A DNA stretch of 64,000 nt from an uncultured Verrucomicrobiae bacterium (GCA_963765205.1 CAVXVB010000009.1:864001-928000); one strand, 5' to 3'; positions 31,482 to 40,473 are shown, numbered from the stretch's first letter. A program made the numbers and translations. The notes: a model not told the origin generated them from the sequence alone.

Positions 31482-31732
31482 TCCGTGGTTGCGCTAATAC
31501 CGGAGAAATCCATTACGGCTAGAAACGCTGGCGGTGTTGGCTGCGGCATTGCGGGCCTTAAAGCAGTCCCCGGACAAGCATATGCCGGGGGAGCTTGCGC
31601 CGGGGTCTACGACCGCTCGCCATTCAGGAATCCGCAAGTCCGGGAGGTGTAGCGCATGCGGAACGCACGCCCGGTAGTCTCCACGGTCTGCGGGTTGATT
31701 GGCAAATAGCCAAGATGTAGCCTTCCAAAATG

Positions 31733-31753
31733 TGTAACCCGTTTGTGTAACCC
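31733..31753 (+). promoter_or_regulatory. Tandem putative arm-type sites TGTAACCC-N5-TGTAACCC at the distal island end
   Basis: Exact copies at 31733-31740 and 31746-31753, ~130 nt inside the att repeat. Confidence 0.65.
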
Positions 31754-31881
31754 GGCGGTCGAAAATAAAATGCTTTTGGAGCTTTCAGGACAAGGGCACG
31801 ATTCCCGCTAGCATCTGCCTGGCATGGACTTGATCACTCAAGAGCATAAGAGACGACTATAGTAAATTGTAACATTTAAAA

Positions 31882-31919
31882 TTACAAAACCTTAGCTCTA
31901 CCAACTGAGCTATGCCGGC
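31882..31919 (-). repeat. Displaced 5' half of tRNA-Thr (positions 1-38); distal att site
   Basis: 37/38 match to 16095-16132; identity ends exactly after the anticodon loop. Confidence 0.92.
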
Positions 31920-31944
31920 GCTAAACTTTTTCGATCAATGGCGG

Positions 31945-31974
31945 ACTCTATCGCGATGGAAGCCATGGGGGCAA
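31945..31974 (-). promoter_or_regulatory. Sigma-70-type promoter, probably the original tRNA-Thr promoter
   Basis: Minus strand TTGCCC-N18-TAGAGT followed by GC-rich discriminator CCGCC, 25 nt before the tRNA fragment. Confidence 0.55.
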
Positions 31975-32136
31975 GCCTATCGTGGCGGGCGCAACAATCG
32001 CTGGAAACCATGGCAGGGAAGGAAAGGATTGAACCATTCGCCCGCCGCGGCTGCAGCCATGTTTACATTGGCTATAATTCTCAATTTACGGCGTTTTTAC
32101 GGAGCCAAATCCACCATTTAGGGTTATAATATTAAA

Positions 32137-32835
32137 ATGATCATCAAACCCCTACCCTGTCTGGTTGCTGTAATGTTCGGTCTTGCCATGGTGGGCGCAC
32201 AGACTACCTCGCCGTTCGGCACCCCGCCGCCACATGCCCCCAGCGTCCCCTTGCCGGCCACCCCTGCCCCGGCGCTCGGGCCTGCGCCCCTCATCACCTT
32301 GGCGGCCGAACAGAAAACCGGCACCTTTTCGCCGGAGAATTCCCTCATGACCGGCCCCAACCGGGTCACCATCAGCACCACCTCGAGCGATGGCACCACC
32401 ACCTCGATCAGCAGCCGCCAGCTCGGCAGCGTCACGGCGGGCGCCACCGCGACGACTTGGGTCGAAATCACCGTGCATAATGTCAACAGCACCCCCTTGT
32501 CGCAATTGACGATCCATTACACCCTTTACGTCAAATCCACCCTCGAAGGCACCGGCGCGAGTTCAGTTACCTGGAGTACGCCGCAAGGCGCGGAATCCAT
32601 TGATATTCCCGCCGGCGGCAACACCGTGGTCAAGACCACTCCCGTGCAAAAAGTCATTTCCAACACCGCCACCACCACCATCAAATATCCCGGTATTGAA
32701 ACCTCGTCCGCCAGCACCATGGTGTCCGACATCGCGGGCTGGGTCATCGAGGCCACCTACCAAGGCCGGCCGGTCAAAAAGCTGGCGCACCCCGACGACA
32801 TTCAGGACCAATATAAAGCGGCGACCGGGCGGTGA
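32137..32835 (+). CDS. Secreted hypothetical protein (Thr/Ser-rich, beta-rich)
   Basis: Signal peptide, Pro-rich linker; TATAAT 6 nt before the ATG (possible leaderless start). Confidence 0.65.
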   Translation: MIIKPLPCLVAVMFGLAMVGAQTTSPFGTPPPHAPSVPLPATPAPALGPAPLITLAAEQKTGTFSPENSLMTGPNRVTISTTSSDGTTTSISSRQLGSVTAGATATTWVEITVHNVNSTPLSQLTIHYTLYVKSTLEGTGASSVTWSTPQGAESIDIPAGGNTVVKTTPVQKVISNTATTTIKYPGIETSSASTMVSDIAGWVIEATYQGRPVKKLAHPDDIQDQYKAATGR

Positions 32836-32976
32836 GCGGATATAATTTCGAATATTGGTTGGGAAACGGCTTGATTAAGCCCCAAGTGAAAGGTGGGGTG
32901 CCTAAGAGTTTTCCTTAGCGATTTCGAGTGGCCGCACCCATTTACGTTTTAGCGGTTCCGCGGTATATTCTATTAC

Positions 32977-33540
32977 ATGAACACTTCAAAAATAGGCTTG
33001 GCGAAACAAAACCTTCGGCTGACCGGGCTGCGGGTAGGAGTCCTGATGGTGGTCGTGGCAATGGCCGGAGGGGTGGCGACGCCGCTCAACGCAGCCGCAG
33101 GCGGGCGGGGTGGCGGTGGTGGGGGTCGCGGCGGCGCGTCCCGAGGCGGAGCCGCCCGCGACGGATTCCGCGGCGGATACGGGCCGGGGCTGCGGGTGGG
33201 GGGAAATTGGGGCTGGGGACCCGGTTGGGGCTGGGGGCTGGGTTTGGGGTTTGCCGGCGGGTTGATCTATTCCTACCTGTATCCCCCGTATTGGTATGAT
33301 TATTCCATCTGGCCGCCCTATGAATATAGTTACGTGCCGGATGTCAGTACGCAGTATGTGGTGGTTCCACCCGCCGTGCCCCTGCCTTCGACGCCCGCGC
33401 CCGCCGTGTCCGCGCCGACGACCACCGTGACCACCGGCACCACGGGCCGGTTGCTCTATGATGCACAGGGCAATCCAATCGGCGTGCTCCTGGTGCATCC
33501 CGACGGCACGCAGGAGTTTGTGCCGGTCAGCAGAAATTAG
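32977..33540 (+). CDS. Gly-rich / Tyr-Pro-rich hypothetical envelope protein
   Basis: Signal-like segment, RGG tract, GWG repeats, YPPY segment. Confidence 0.6.
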   Translation: MNTSKIGLAKQNLRLTGLRVGVLMVVVAMAGGVATPLNAAAGGRGGGGGGRGGASRGGAARDGFRGGYGPGLRVGGNWGWGPGWGWGLGLGFAGGLIYSYLYPPYWYDYSIWPPYEYSYVPDVSTQYVVVPPAVPLPSTPAPAVSAPTTTVTTGTTGRLLYDAQGNPIGVLLVHPDGTQEFVPVSRN

Positions 33541-34092
33541 TTTTGGGATTCGAGTTTCAATTTCGAGTTGGGAAAAAGCGGCAGTCGTGGTTAGGCTTTT
33601 GCCGCTATGAAATCCCTGCCTTGTCTCGTTGCCTTTGCGGCTTTTCTCGCCATCGTGAGTGCGCAAACCACCGCACCCACCACCATGCCCACGCCCTCCC
33701 CCACCCCGACCCCCGCGCCCAACCCCGCCGTCGGCAGCACTCCCGCCGCCACCCCCATCCTCGCCACGGCGGGCAAAATGAACTCGCAGGTCATCCTGTG
33801 GGAATCGCTCAAGGCCATCGCGACGGCCACCGGCCAGCGGCGCGATGTGTTTGATTTGCCGACGCCGACACTCGACAAATTCCACTGCCATATCTCGACG
33901 CTCAATCCGGGCGAGAACACGGGCGCGCTGCACCGGCATCCGCAGGAGGAGTTGGTGATCCTCAAGGAGGGCACGCTCGAAATCAACATTGACGGGAAGA
34001 AGCAGACGGCGACGCCAGGTTCGTTGATTTTCTACGCGGCCAACGAAAACGAAAACATGACGAACATCGGGAAGACCCCGGCGACGTATTAT

Positions 34093-35305
34093 GGGCGCCT
34101 CTATTAACCCCCAAGCCGCTTGACATTGATAAGACAAGGTGACAGAACGTGACATGCACTACCGAAAATCCGAGTCGCAAGGAGGTTTGTTCGATTATCA
34201 CCAGCATTGCGCCGGGTTGGCGGCGCGGGGCACGAGTCTGGACCGGCTGAAGGCGGCGGTGGACTGGGAAGCCTTCCGCGCCCCACTCGAGCGCCACCTG
34301 GCCTATGAGGACGGGGCCAAAGGCGGGCGTCCGGCGTGGGATCCGGTGCTGATGTTCCAGGTGCTGGTGCTGCAAAAGTTCCACGGGCTGAGCGACGCGC
34401 AGACCGAGTTTCAAATCCTCGATCGGTTCAGCTTCCAGCGGTTCATGGGCCTGCGGGCGGGCGACGCCGCGCCGGACGAGAAGACGATCTGGGTGTTCAA
34501 GGAGCGCCTCGGCCCGGACGGGGTGCGGGCGTTGTTCGAGTTGTTCAACGCGCAACTGGCCGCGCGGGGGCTGATCGGCCAGCAGGGCAAGATCGTGGAC
34601 GCCACGTTTGTCGAGGCCCCGCGCCCGCGCGCCGCGCGCCAGCCGGAGCATCCCCCCGCCGCGCGGCAGCAGGACGCCGACGCCCGCTGGACCGAGCAAG
34701 GCGGCCAGGCGCACTACGGTTACAAAAACCACGCCAAGGCCGACGCGCGCAGCAAGCTCGTGGCGGACTACACGGTGACCCCCGCCAACACCCACGACAG
34801 CCAAAAACTCGACGAGCTGGCCGCGCCCGGCGACCGCGTCATTTACGCCGACAGCGCCTACAGCGGCGGGCCCATCGCGAAACAACTCGCGACCAAAAAG
34901 CTCGCCGGGCGCATCCTGGAAAAAGCGCGGCGCGGCCATCCGCTGACCCGCGCGCAGGAAAAACGCAACCGCCGCCAAAGCGCCGTCCGCAGCCGGGTCG
35001 AGCACGTCTTCGCCCGGCTGGCCCACTGGCGGGCAGACTGGTTCCGCCGCAAAGGTTTGGCCCGCGCCCGTTTTGAAATCGGCCTGGCCAACCTGGTTTA
35101 CAACCTTGACCGCTACGCCTGGCTGCAAAGTGCCGGTTAGAGCCGGACGAATCGCGCCCCGCTGCCGGTTCAGAGCAAGAAACCCACTCATCATCCCGCC
35201 AAACCACCGCGGGCAACTCATGCCGGGCGCTTCCCTCCCGGATGCCGCTAGAAAATCACGCAAAATTACCCTTGTGTGGCCCAAGCCAAGTTGTTAGAAG
35301 TGCCC
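34093..35305 (+). mobile_element. Complete IS5-family element (1213 bp) with TTAT target-site duplication
   Basis: TIRs GGGCGCCTCTATTAAC vs GGGCACTTCTAACAAC (12/16); TTAT at 34089-34092 and 35306-35309. Confidence 0.92.
34154..35140 (+). CDS. IS5-family DDE transposase
   Basis: GGRP, LSD...DRFSFQRF, IVDAT, YGYKNH, YADSAY, RSRVEHVF. Confidence 0.95.
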   Translation: MHYRKSESQGGLFDYHQHCAGLAARGTSLDRLKAAVDWEAFRAPLERHLAYEDGAKGGRPAWDPVLMFQVLVLQKFHGLSDAQTEFQILDRFSFQRFMGLRAGDAAPDEKTIWVFKERLGPDGVRALFELFNAQLAARGLIGQQGKIVDATFVEAPRPRAARQPEHPPAARQQDADARWTEQGGQAHYGYKNHAKADARSKLVADYTVTPANTHDSQKLDELAAPGDRVIYADSAYSGGPIAKQLATKKLAGRILEKARRGHPLTRAQEKRNRRQSAVRSRVEHVFARLAHWRADWFRRKGLARARFEIGLANLVYNLDRYAWLQSAG

Positions 35306-35761
35306 TTATGTGATTCAGTTCTACACGGCGCTGACGCCGAAGGCGTGAAGGCGACGGAGGGAACCGGAAACCACGGATGGCACGGATCCCGCCGGGGCGG
35401 GACGGATGGAAGAAAATCATCGCGCAGAGCAGCGGAGACGCAGAGAGGAAAGCGGGCATGACCGATCCCGTTTGGGGGCCGGAAGAAGTGATTGCACTCC
35501 CAGACCAAAAGGATGTAGAAAAGGCGGCATGGAAACAAATTCACCCCCATCATGGCAAACGCAGGCCTTGATTTTCCTGGTCGTCGTCATCGGGTGTGTC
35601 TTCGCCTGGGTGTTTCTGGGATTCTAGGATTCCCGGGCTGACCGGGCCGATGGCAAAATGCGTGACTTGAGCGGAATAATCAAAACTGTAGCCGAAAAAA
35701 ATTCTGCAACTCATTATACTGTAATGCGATGTAGTTTCTATTTTGGCTATGACTCGAATGA

Positions 35762-36272
35762 ACGTGCTCTAAAAGTCGGAGCGGGGCTTTTGTGCGAGTG
35801 TGTTTTCAGGGTAATTAAGTGGAGCCTGACCCGCTCCGGCCCCGGCACTAGACTAGGTTGTCTGCTTGGGGATGGCCCCCCCCTCTCCCCCTATATGCAC
35901 TAGACAACTCTGTCTAGCGGCGCGGGAATCGGTGGATGGGTATTATTTTAATCATTGCCGGACAATAGGATATAAGATATTTTTGCAGAGGTTAGTGGGT
36001 TGCGTTGGATGAATTGGATGGGGAACTGGAACTGAGAGAAAATCGCTTTTGGGGGGTTGCTTGGGTTTCCCGATTTCACGACCGGGTCTCTTGCGCGGTT
36101 GCATATTCTTCGATAATGCGCAAAGGAGTGCTTGGGCCCTCCTCCTGCAAAACTTAAAACCTGACCGCTTCCGCCTGGGCTGAGCGGGCCAATGGCAAAA
36201 GACGTGACTAAAAGTCGGCGTGGGGCCACTCGTGCGAGTGCTTTTTCAAGGTAATAAGGTGCAGCCTGACCC
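35762..36272 (+). repeat. Two ~70-bp imperfect direct repeats (35762-35832, 36202-36272) ending in GGTAAT(A/T)ARGTG(C/G)AGCCTGACCC
   Basis: Shared blocks CTAAAAGTCGG, GTGCGAGTG, TTTTCA.GGTAAT, AGCCTGACCC. Confidence 0.8.
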
Positions 36273-36541
36273 CTGCTATGAGCCTGGCTGCCGTGGGCGC
36301 GGCAGCAAAGGAGCTGAGGCGCTAAGTATGGTTTGTAAGAACGCTCAACGTTTAACATTTAACGTTCAACGCTTAAGTGCCAAAAACCGGAATGGCGGTT
36401 GCATGCGCCGGCTCAGGCGCAATCATTGCCACTTTGCGTTATACTTGAAGGATGCGACCGGAGCCTCGCATCCCCGGCTGGCCGGCCATTTCGGCTCGCG
36501 TAGTCCCACCTGCCTGAGCAAACTCATCTCCTCCCTCCGCC

Positions 36542-37453
36542 ATGACCCATCCTTCCAAAACTCAGGTAATAAGAAGGTGCAGCCTCAGCCTGACCCTCTT
36601 GACCCTAGCGGCTAAATTGGCCGCCGCCGGAGTGAGCAAAGACGACATCATCCAAGGCGTTCAGCAGGCCGCTAATGCCCAGCCGATTAGCGCCTATGGG
36701 AAGGTGGTGGATCAAAACGGAAATCCCGTTTCCGGTGTGAGAGTTGAGGGCAACACGTTGCTGAGCGCGGGGGGCGATCGAAGCAGAAATGAAATATATG
36801 AAACGACGACGGATGGCCAGGGCTTGTTCAAGTTTGAAAACCTGCATGGCCTCAGCTTCGGCTTTGGCCTGGAAAAGGCCGGTTATGAATTCAACCCAAA
36901 ATTATATCTCGACTGGTGGGGCAACTATAAAGCCGATCCAGCGCATCCAGCTGTTTTCGTTATGTATAAGCTTCAGGGTGCCGAGCCGATGGTGCACACG
37001 CCATTCGGCCGCACCATTCCGTGCGATGGCACGGCGGTTCGATATAATTTGCTCACCGGAAAGGAAGTGGCCAGCGGTGGTGATCTGAACGTCCAATTTA
37101 TCCGCAATCCGGTGCAGATTCAACGTGGCAAGCCCTTTGAATGGACTCTAACCTTGACAGTACCCGGCGGGGGTTTGCTTGAAATTCACGATCCATATCC
37201 CTATGAAGCCCCCGCTGACGGTTACCAGGAAACTGTAACCATTGGCACTGGCCTTGACCTTAAGAATTATGTCGATTCCGTCACTAAAAACTACTACTAC
37301 AAATCCGCCGATGGGAAATTTGGTAGGTTATTTGTGAGATTGCAGGCCGATTTCCAGCCCCCGCCGACAAGCTTTGGCGGCAGCATCTACCTCAATCCCT
37401 CTGGTTCTCGTAATCTCGAATTCGATTCAACCAAGCAAGTGAAGTCGAAGTGA
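36542..37453 (+). CDS. Secreted protein with carboxypeptidase-regulatory-like (Ig-fold) domain
   Basis: Signal peptide; PISAYGKVVDQNGNPVSG, TTDGQGLF, C-terminal YLNPSGSRNLE. Confidence 0.75.
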   Translation: MTHPSKTQVIRRCSLSLTLLTLAAKLAAAGVSKDDIIQGVQQAANAQPISAYGKVVDQNGNPVSGVRVEGNTLLSAGGDRSRNEIYETTTDGQGLFKFENLHGLSFGFGLEKAGYEFNPKLYLDWWGNYKADPAHPAVFVMYKLQGAEPMVHTPFGRTIPCDGTAVRYNLLTGKEVASGGDLNVQFIRNPVQIQRGKPFEWTLTLTVPGGGLLEIHDPYPYEAPADGYQETVTIGTGLDLKNYVDSVTKNYYYKSADGKFGRLFVRLQADFQPPPTSFGGSIYLNPSGSRNLEFDSTKQVKSK

Positions 37454-37486
37454 AAAATCGCGGGCATCTGCTCCGATGAAGGCCCA

Positions 37487-37509
37487 GGGTCAGGCTGCAT
37501 CTTATTACC
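37487..37509 (-). repeat. Inverted copy of the 23-bp motif (GGTAATAAGATGCAGCCTGACCC)
   Basis: 22/23 identical to 36250-36272, opposite orientation. Confidence 0.85.
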
Positions 37510-37828
37510 TGGCCGGGCGGGATTTTGCCCAAGGGCGGCCAGGACGATAATTTCTTTCTGGGTTCTGGGTTCTTGGTGCGCGGGTTGGTGGCGGGTGGGG
37601 CGCGTAAATGATTTGCCCCGCTGGCCGCCGCGCTGTTGGATATCCTGACTGGCCATGATTAAAGCATTAAATCCCCCGCCCGAGGCGCCCGTTCGCAAAA
37701 CCGCGATGGCTAAATCGCTGGAGCGCACGTTCCGACGGATTGATAGAAGCTTGCGCGCCGAACCCAAGCGCCTCGGATTCCTTGCGCAGAGCCGCAGAGA
37801 AAGAGTTTTTCTGACAGAATTAAAAAAA

Positions 37829-38581
37829 TTAATACGTGGCGCGGCCGCCGGTGATGTCGAAGGTGGCGGCGGTGGTGAAGGAACACTCTTCCGAGCACAG
37901 CCAGGCCACGAGGGCCGCGACTTCCTCGACCCGGCCGAGGCGGCCTAGCGGAATTTTGGCCAGCATATAGGCGAGGTGCTCCTTGGAAATTTGCGAGAGG
38001 ATTTCGGTTTCGATGACCGCGGGGGTCACGCAGTTGACGCGGAGGCCGGTGGCGGCCAGTTCCTTGCCGAGCGATTTGGTCAGGCCGATGACGCCGGCCT
38101 TGGCCGCGCTGTAATGGGAGGCGTTGGGGTTGCCTTCCTTGCCAGCGACGGAGGAAATGTTGACGATGCGCCCGTAATTTTTTCCGAGCATGAGCGGCAC
38201 GACGGCGTGGCAACAGTAGAAAACGCCGAGGAGGTTAAGCTCGACGACGGTGCGCCATTCATCAAGCGAACATTCCCAAAGTTTTTTCGACACGCCGGCG
38301 ATGCCCGCGTTGTTGACCAGAATGTCCACGGAGCCAAATTTGCGTTGCGCTGAATTGGCGGCTTTTTTGACGGCGGCGGCGTCCGTCACATCCACGACGA
38401 TCGTTTGCACGCGGCCGGGCGCGGCGAGTTTTTGGGCGGCGGCTTTGAGGCGCGCGGCATCGCGGTCCCACACGCTGCACCGCGCGCCGGACGCGAGGAG
38501 GCGTTCAACAATGGCGTAGCCGATGCCCCGCGCGCCGCCGGTGACAATCGCATTCCGCCCCTGGAGGTCAATTCGGTTCAC
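37829..38581 (-). CDS. SDR-family NAD(P)-dependent oxidoreductase
   Basis: TGGARGIG, NNAGI, YSAAK, VNCVTPAVIET; GTG start. Confidence 0.93.
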   Translation of the reverse strand: MNRIDLQGRNAIVTGGARGIGYAIVERLLASGARCSVWDRDAARLKAAAQKLAAPGRVQTIVVDVTDAAAVKKAANSAQRKFGSVDILVNNAGIAGVSKKLWECSLDEWRTVVELNLLGVFYCCHAVVPLMLGKNYGRIVNISSVAGKEGNPNASHYSAAKAGVIGLTKSLGKELAATGLRVNCVTPAVIETEILSQISKEHLAYMLAKIPLGRLGRVEEVAALVAWLCSEECSFTTAATFDITGGRATY

Positions 38582-38766
38582 GGTCGTGTATTGCGGGAAT
38601 TTTGGGTTTCGCGCAAACCAACAAATCTGTAGGCGTTTCAATCAGCCTCCGGCAATGGGGAGGATGAAAAACCTGCTCCGTGCTTCCCATTGAGTCTTAA
38701 TGCTTCTGAGCGATCGTAGTTTCGTAAGTCCGCAGCACGGGTTGTATTTCCAGCTCTTCACAAAAA

Positions 38767-38807
38767 ACGGTCGGCGAGACGCCGACCGTGGCGACCGGGA
38801 CGGTCGC
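38767..38807. repeat. Twin-hairpin REP-like palindrome
   Basis: ACGGTCGGCG-AGA-CGCCGACCGT followed by GCGACCG-GGA-CGGTCGC. Confidence 0.7.
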
Positions 38808-38849
38808 GCTCCCCGGGACAAAGAGGCACACCAACTCCGATCATGCGCT

Positions 38850-40199
38850 CTACGCCACGCGTTCGACGACGAGGATGGGGGGCGTGGGGCGCTTGGGGGC
38901 GAGGCGGTAGGCGGAGCGGAGGTATTCGAGCGAGGCCTCGAGCTTGGATTCGTCGTTGTAATGGATCATCATCAGGGGCTCGCCTTGCTTGACCTGGGTG
39001 CCGACTTTCTTGATTTCGGAGACGCCGACGGCGGGGTCGGGCTTGCCTTTTTTGTTGGCGGCGAGGATTTGCACGCCGTGGGCGATCATGCCGGCGTTGA
39101 TGGTGTGGACGTAGCCACGCTTGGGGGCGGGGAGCTTGCGGATGTATTTGGCGGGCGTGAATTTCGAGGGGTCGTCAATGAAGGCGGTGTTGCCGCCCTG
39201 GGCCGCGACCATTTCCTTGAACTTGGCGAGCGCGGAGCCGTCGGCGAGGTGGGTCTCGACGGTTTGCTTGGCGGAGAGGGTCGAGCCGGCGACGCCGGCG
39301 AGGCGAACGATTTCCATGCCCATCTTGAGGACGAGGTCCTTCAAGTCCTCGGGGCCTTCGCCTTTGAGGAGCTTGATGGCTTCGGCGACTTCGAGGGCGG
39401 TGCCGACGGTGTCGCCAAGGGGCTGGTTCATGTCGGTGACGAGGGCGACGCAGCGGCGCTTCATGCCGCGGGCGACGCGGGTGATGGAGCGGGCGAGTTG
39501 CTTGGCCTGTTCGAGGTCCTTGATGAAGGAGCCGTTACCCCACTTGACGTCCACAGCGAGGCCTTCGGCGCCTTCGGCGAGTTTCTTGGCGAGGACACTG
39601 CCGGTGATGAGCTGGAGGCTGGGGACGGTGCCGGTCTGGGCGCGCAATTTGTAAAGGATGCTGTCCACCGGCGCGATGTCGGCGTTGGGGGCGTAGATGG
39701 CGCAGCCGACTTTGAGGAGCTGCTCGACAAATTGCTTGAGCGGGAGGTCGGCGCGGAAGCCGGGAATGGCTTCCAGTTTTTCGACAGCGGTGATGAGATA
39801 GTCCTCGTCCACGCCGTTGACGCAGGGCATGACGACGCCGCAGGCGGCGGCGAGGGGGGGCAGGACGAGGGAGGTTTTATCGCCAACGCCGCCGGTGGAG
39901 TATTTGGCGATTTTGGGGCGGGAGATGCGGCCGAGGTCCACGACTTCGCCGGAGAGCATCATTTCCTCGGCGAGGGTGGCAGTTTCCTGGGCGGAGAGGC
40001 CCTTGAAATAAATAGCCATCGCCAGGGCGGAAAGCTGGAAATCAGGCAGTTCCTCGTCGTGAATCGAGTCCACGATGAAACGGATTTCGTCCTCGGAGAA
40101 TTCACCGCCGTCGCGCTTCTTCTCGATGAGGTAGGAGAAGGACGGTTTGATGAATTTGCGGGTGCCGGACCCCGAAGTGGAGGTGAAGTCGGAGGACAT
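38850..40199 (-). CDS. Thymidine/pyrimidine-nucleoside phosphorylase homolog with degenerate phosphate-binding loop
   Basis: IEKKRDG, STGGVGDK, LEAIPG, DVK.G.G.F, TDMNQPLG; lacks KH and SGRGLGHTGGT. Confidence 0.88.
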   Translation of the reverse strand: MSSDFTSTSGSGTRKFIKPSFSYLIEKKRDGGEFSEDEIRFIVDSIHDEELPDFQLSALAMAIYFKGLSAQETATLAEEMMLSGEVVDLGRISRPKIAKYSTGGVGDKTSLVLPPLAAACGVVMPCVNGVDEDYLITAVEKLEAIPGFRADLPLKQFVEQLLKVGCAIYAPNADIAPVDSILYKLRAQTGTVPSLQLITGSVLAKKLAEGAEGLAVDVKWGNGSFIKDLEQAKQLARSITRVARGMKRRCVALVTDMNQPLGDTVGTALEVAEAIKLLKGEGPEDLKDLVLKMGMEIVRLAGVAGSTLSAKQTVETHLADGSALAKFKEMVAAQGGNTAFIDDPSKFTPAKYIRKLPAPKRGYVHTINAGMIAHGVQILAANKKGKPDPAVGVSEIKKVGTQVKQGEPLMMIHYNDESKLEASLEYLRSAYRLAPKRPTPPILVVERVA

Positions 40200-40384
40200 A
40201 GGGAAAGCAGAAGGACGGGCGGGAACCCAGGAGAGGCCGGGAACTTTGCCCGTAAACCTTTACGGGTTAGCGCATTAGGCACGCGGTTGTCAAACCTATA
40301 ATTTGAGTGGGGTCGGCCAGGCCGGAATGGGTCTCAAAAATTGCGCGGATTCAACAGGTGGAGATTGACCGCCTCAAATTCATT

Positions 40385-40473
40385 TTCACCGCGAAGGCGC
40401 GAAGAGCGCAAAGGGTCAATTCTGCTAATTCCGTCAAAAATCCCCTTTGCGTGCTCTGCGCCTTGGCGGTGAA
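40385..40473. repeat. REP/MITE-like imperfect inverted repeat
   Basis: TTCACCGCGAAGGCGCGAAGAGCGCAAAGGG / CCCTTTGCGTGCTCTGCGCCTTGGCGGTGAA. Confidence 0.7.

Larger units (their letters stand above)
16095..31919. mobile_element. Integrative genomic island (urease / nickel / urea uptake) inserted in tRNA-Thr with duplication of the tRNA 5' half
   Basis: 38-bp direct repeat 16095-16132 vs 31882-31919 (37/38 identical), integrase at one end, matching TGTAACCC boxes near both ends. Confidence 0.9.
33607..35348 (+). pseudogene. Secreted cupin-domain gene interrupted by IS5
   Basis: HRHPQEELVILKEG cupin motif; removing 34093-35309 restores …TPATYYVIQFYTALTPKA-stop. Confidence 0.85.

Noticed and set aside
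31669..31677. GCCCGGTAG matching the start of tRNA-Asn as a possible distal att of island 2
   Set aside because: Only 9 bp in GC-rich DNA; expected by chance
31490..31730. Possible recombinase C-terminal remnant or ncRNA at the island's distal end
   Set aside because: Only a vague HLGY...MRYT resemblance in a short frame; no supportable fold or motif
31794..31809. GGGCACGATTCCCGCT sigma-54-like box
   Set aside because: Poor -12 element and no downstream gene inside the island
35762..36596. Repeated motif as a CRISPR array
   Set aside because: Spacing of 315-440 bp, degenerate copies, one inverted, no cas genes
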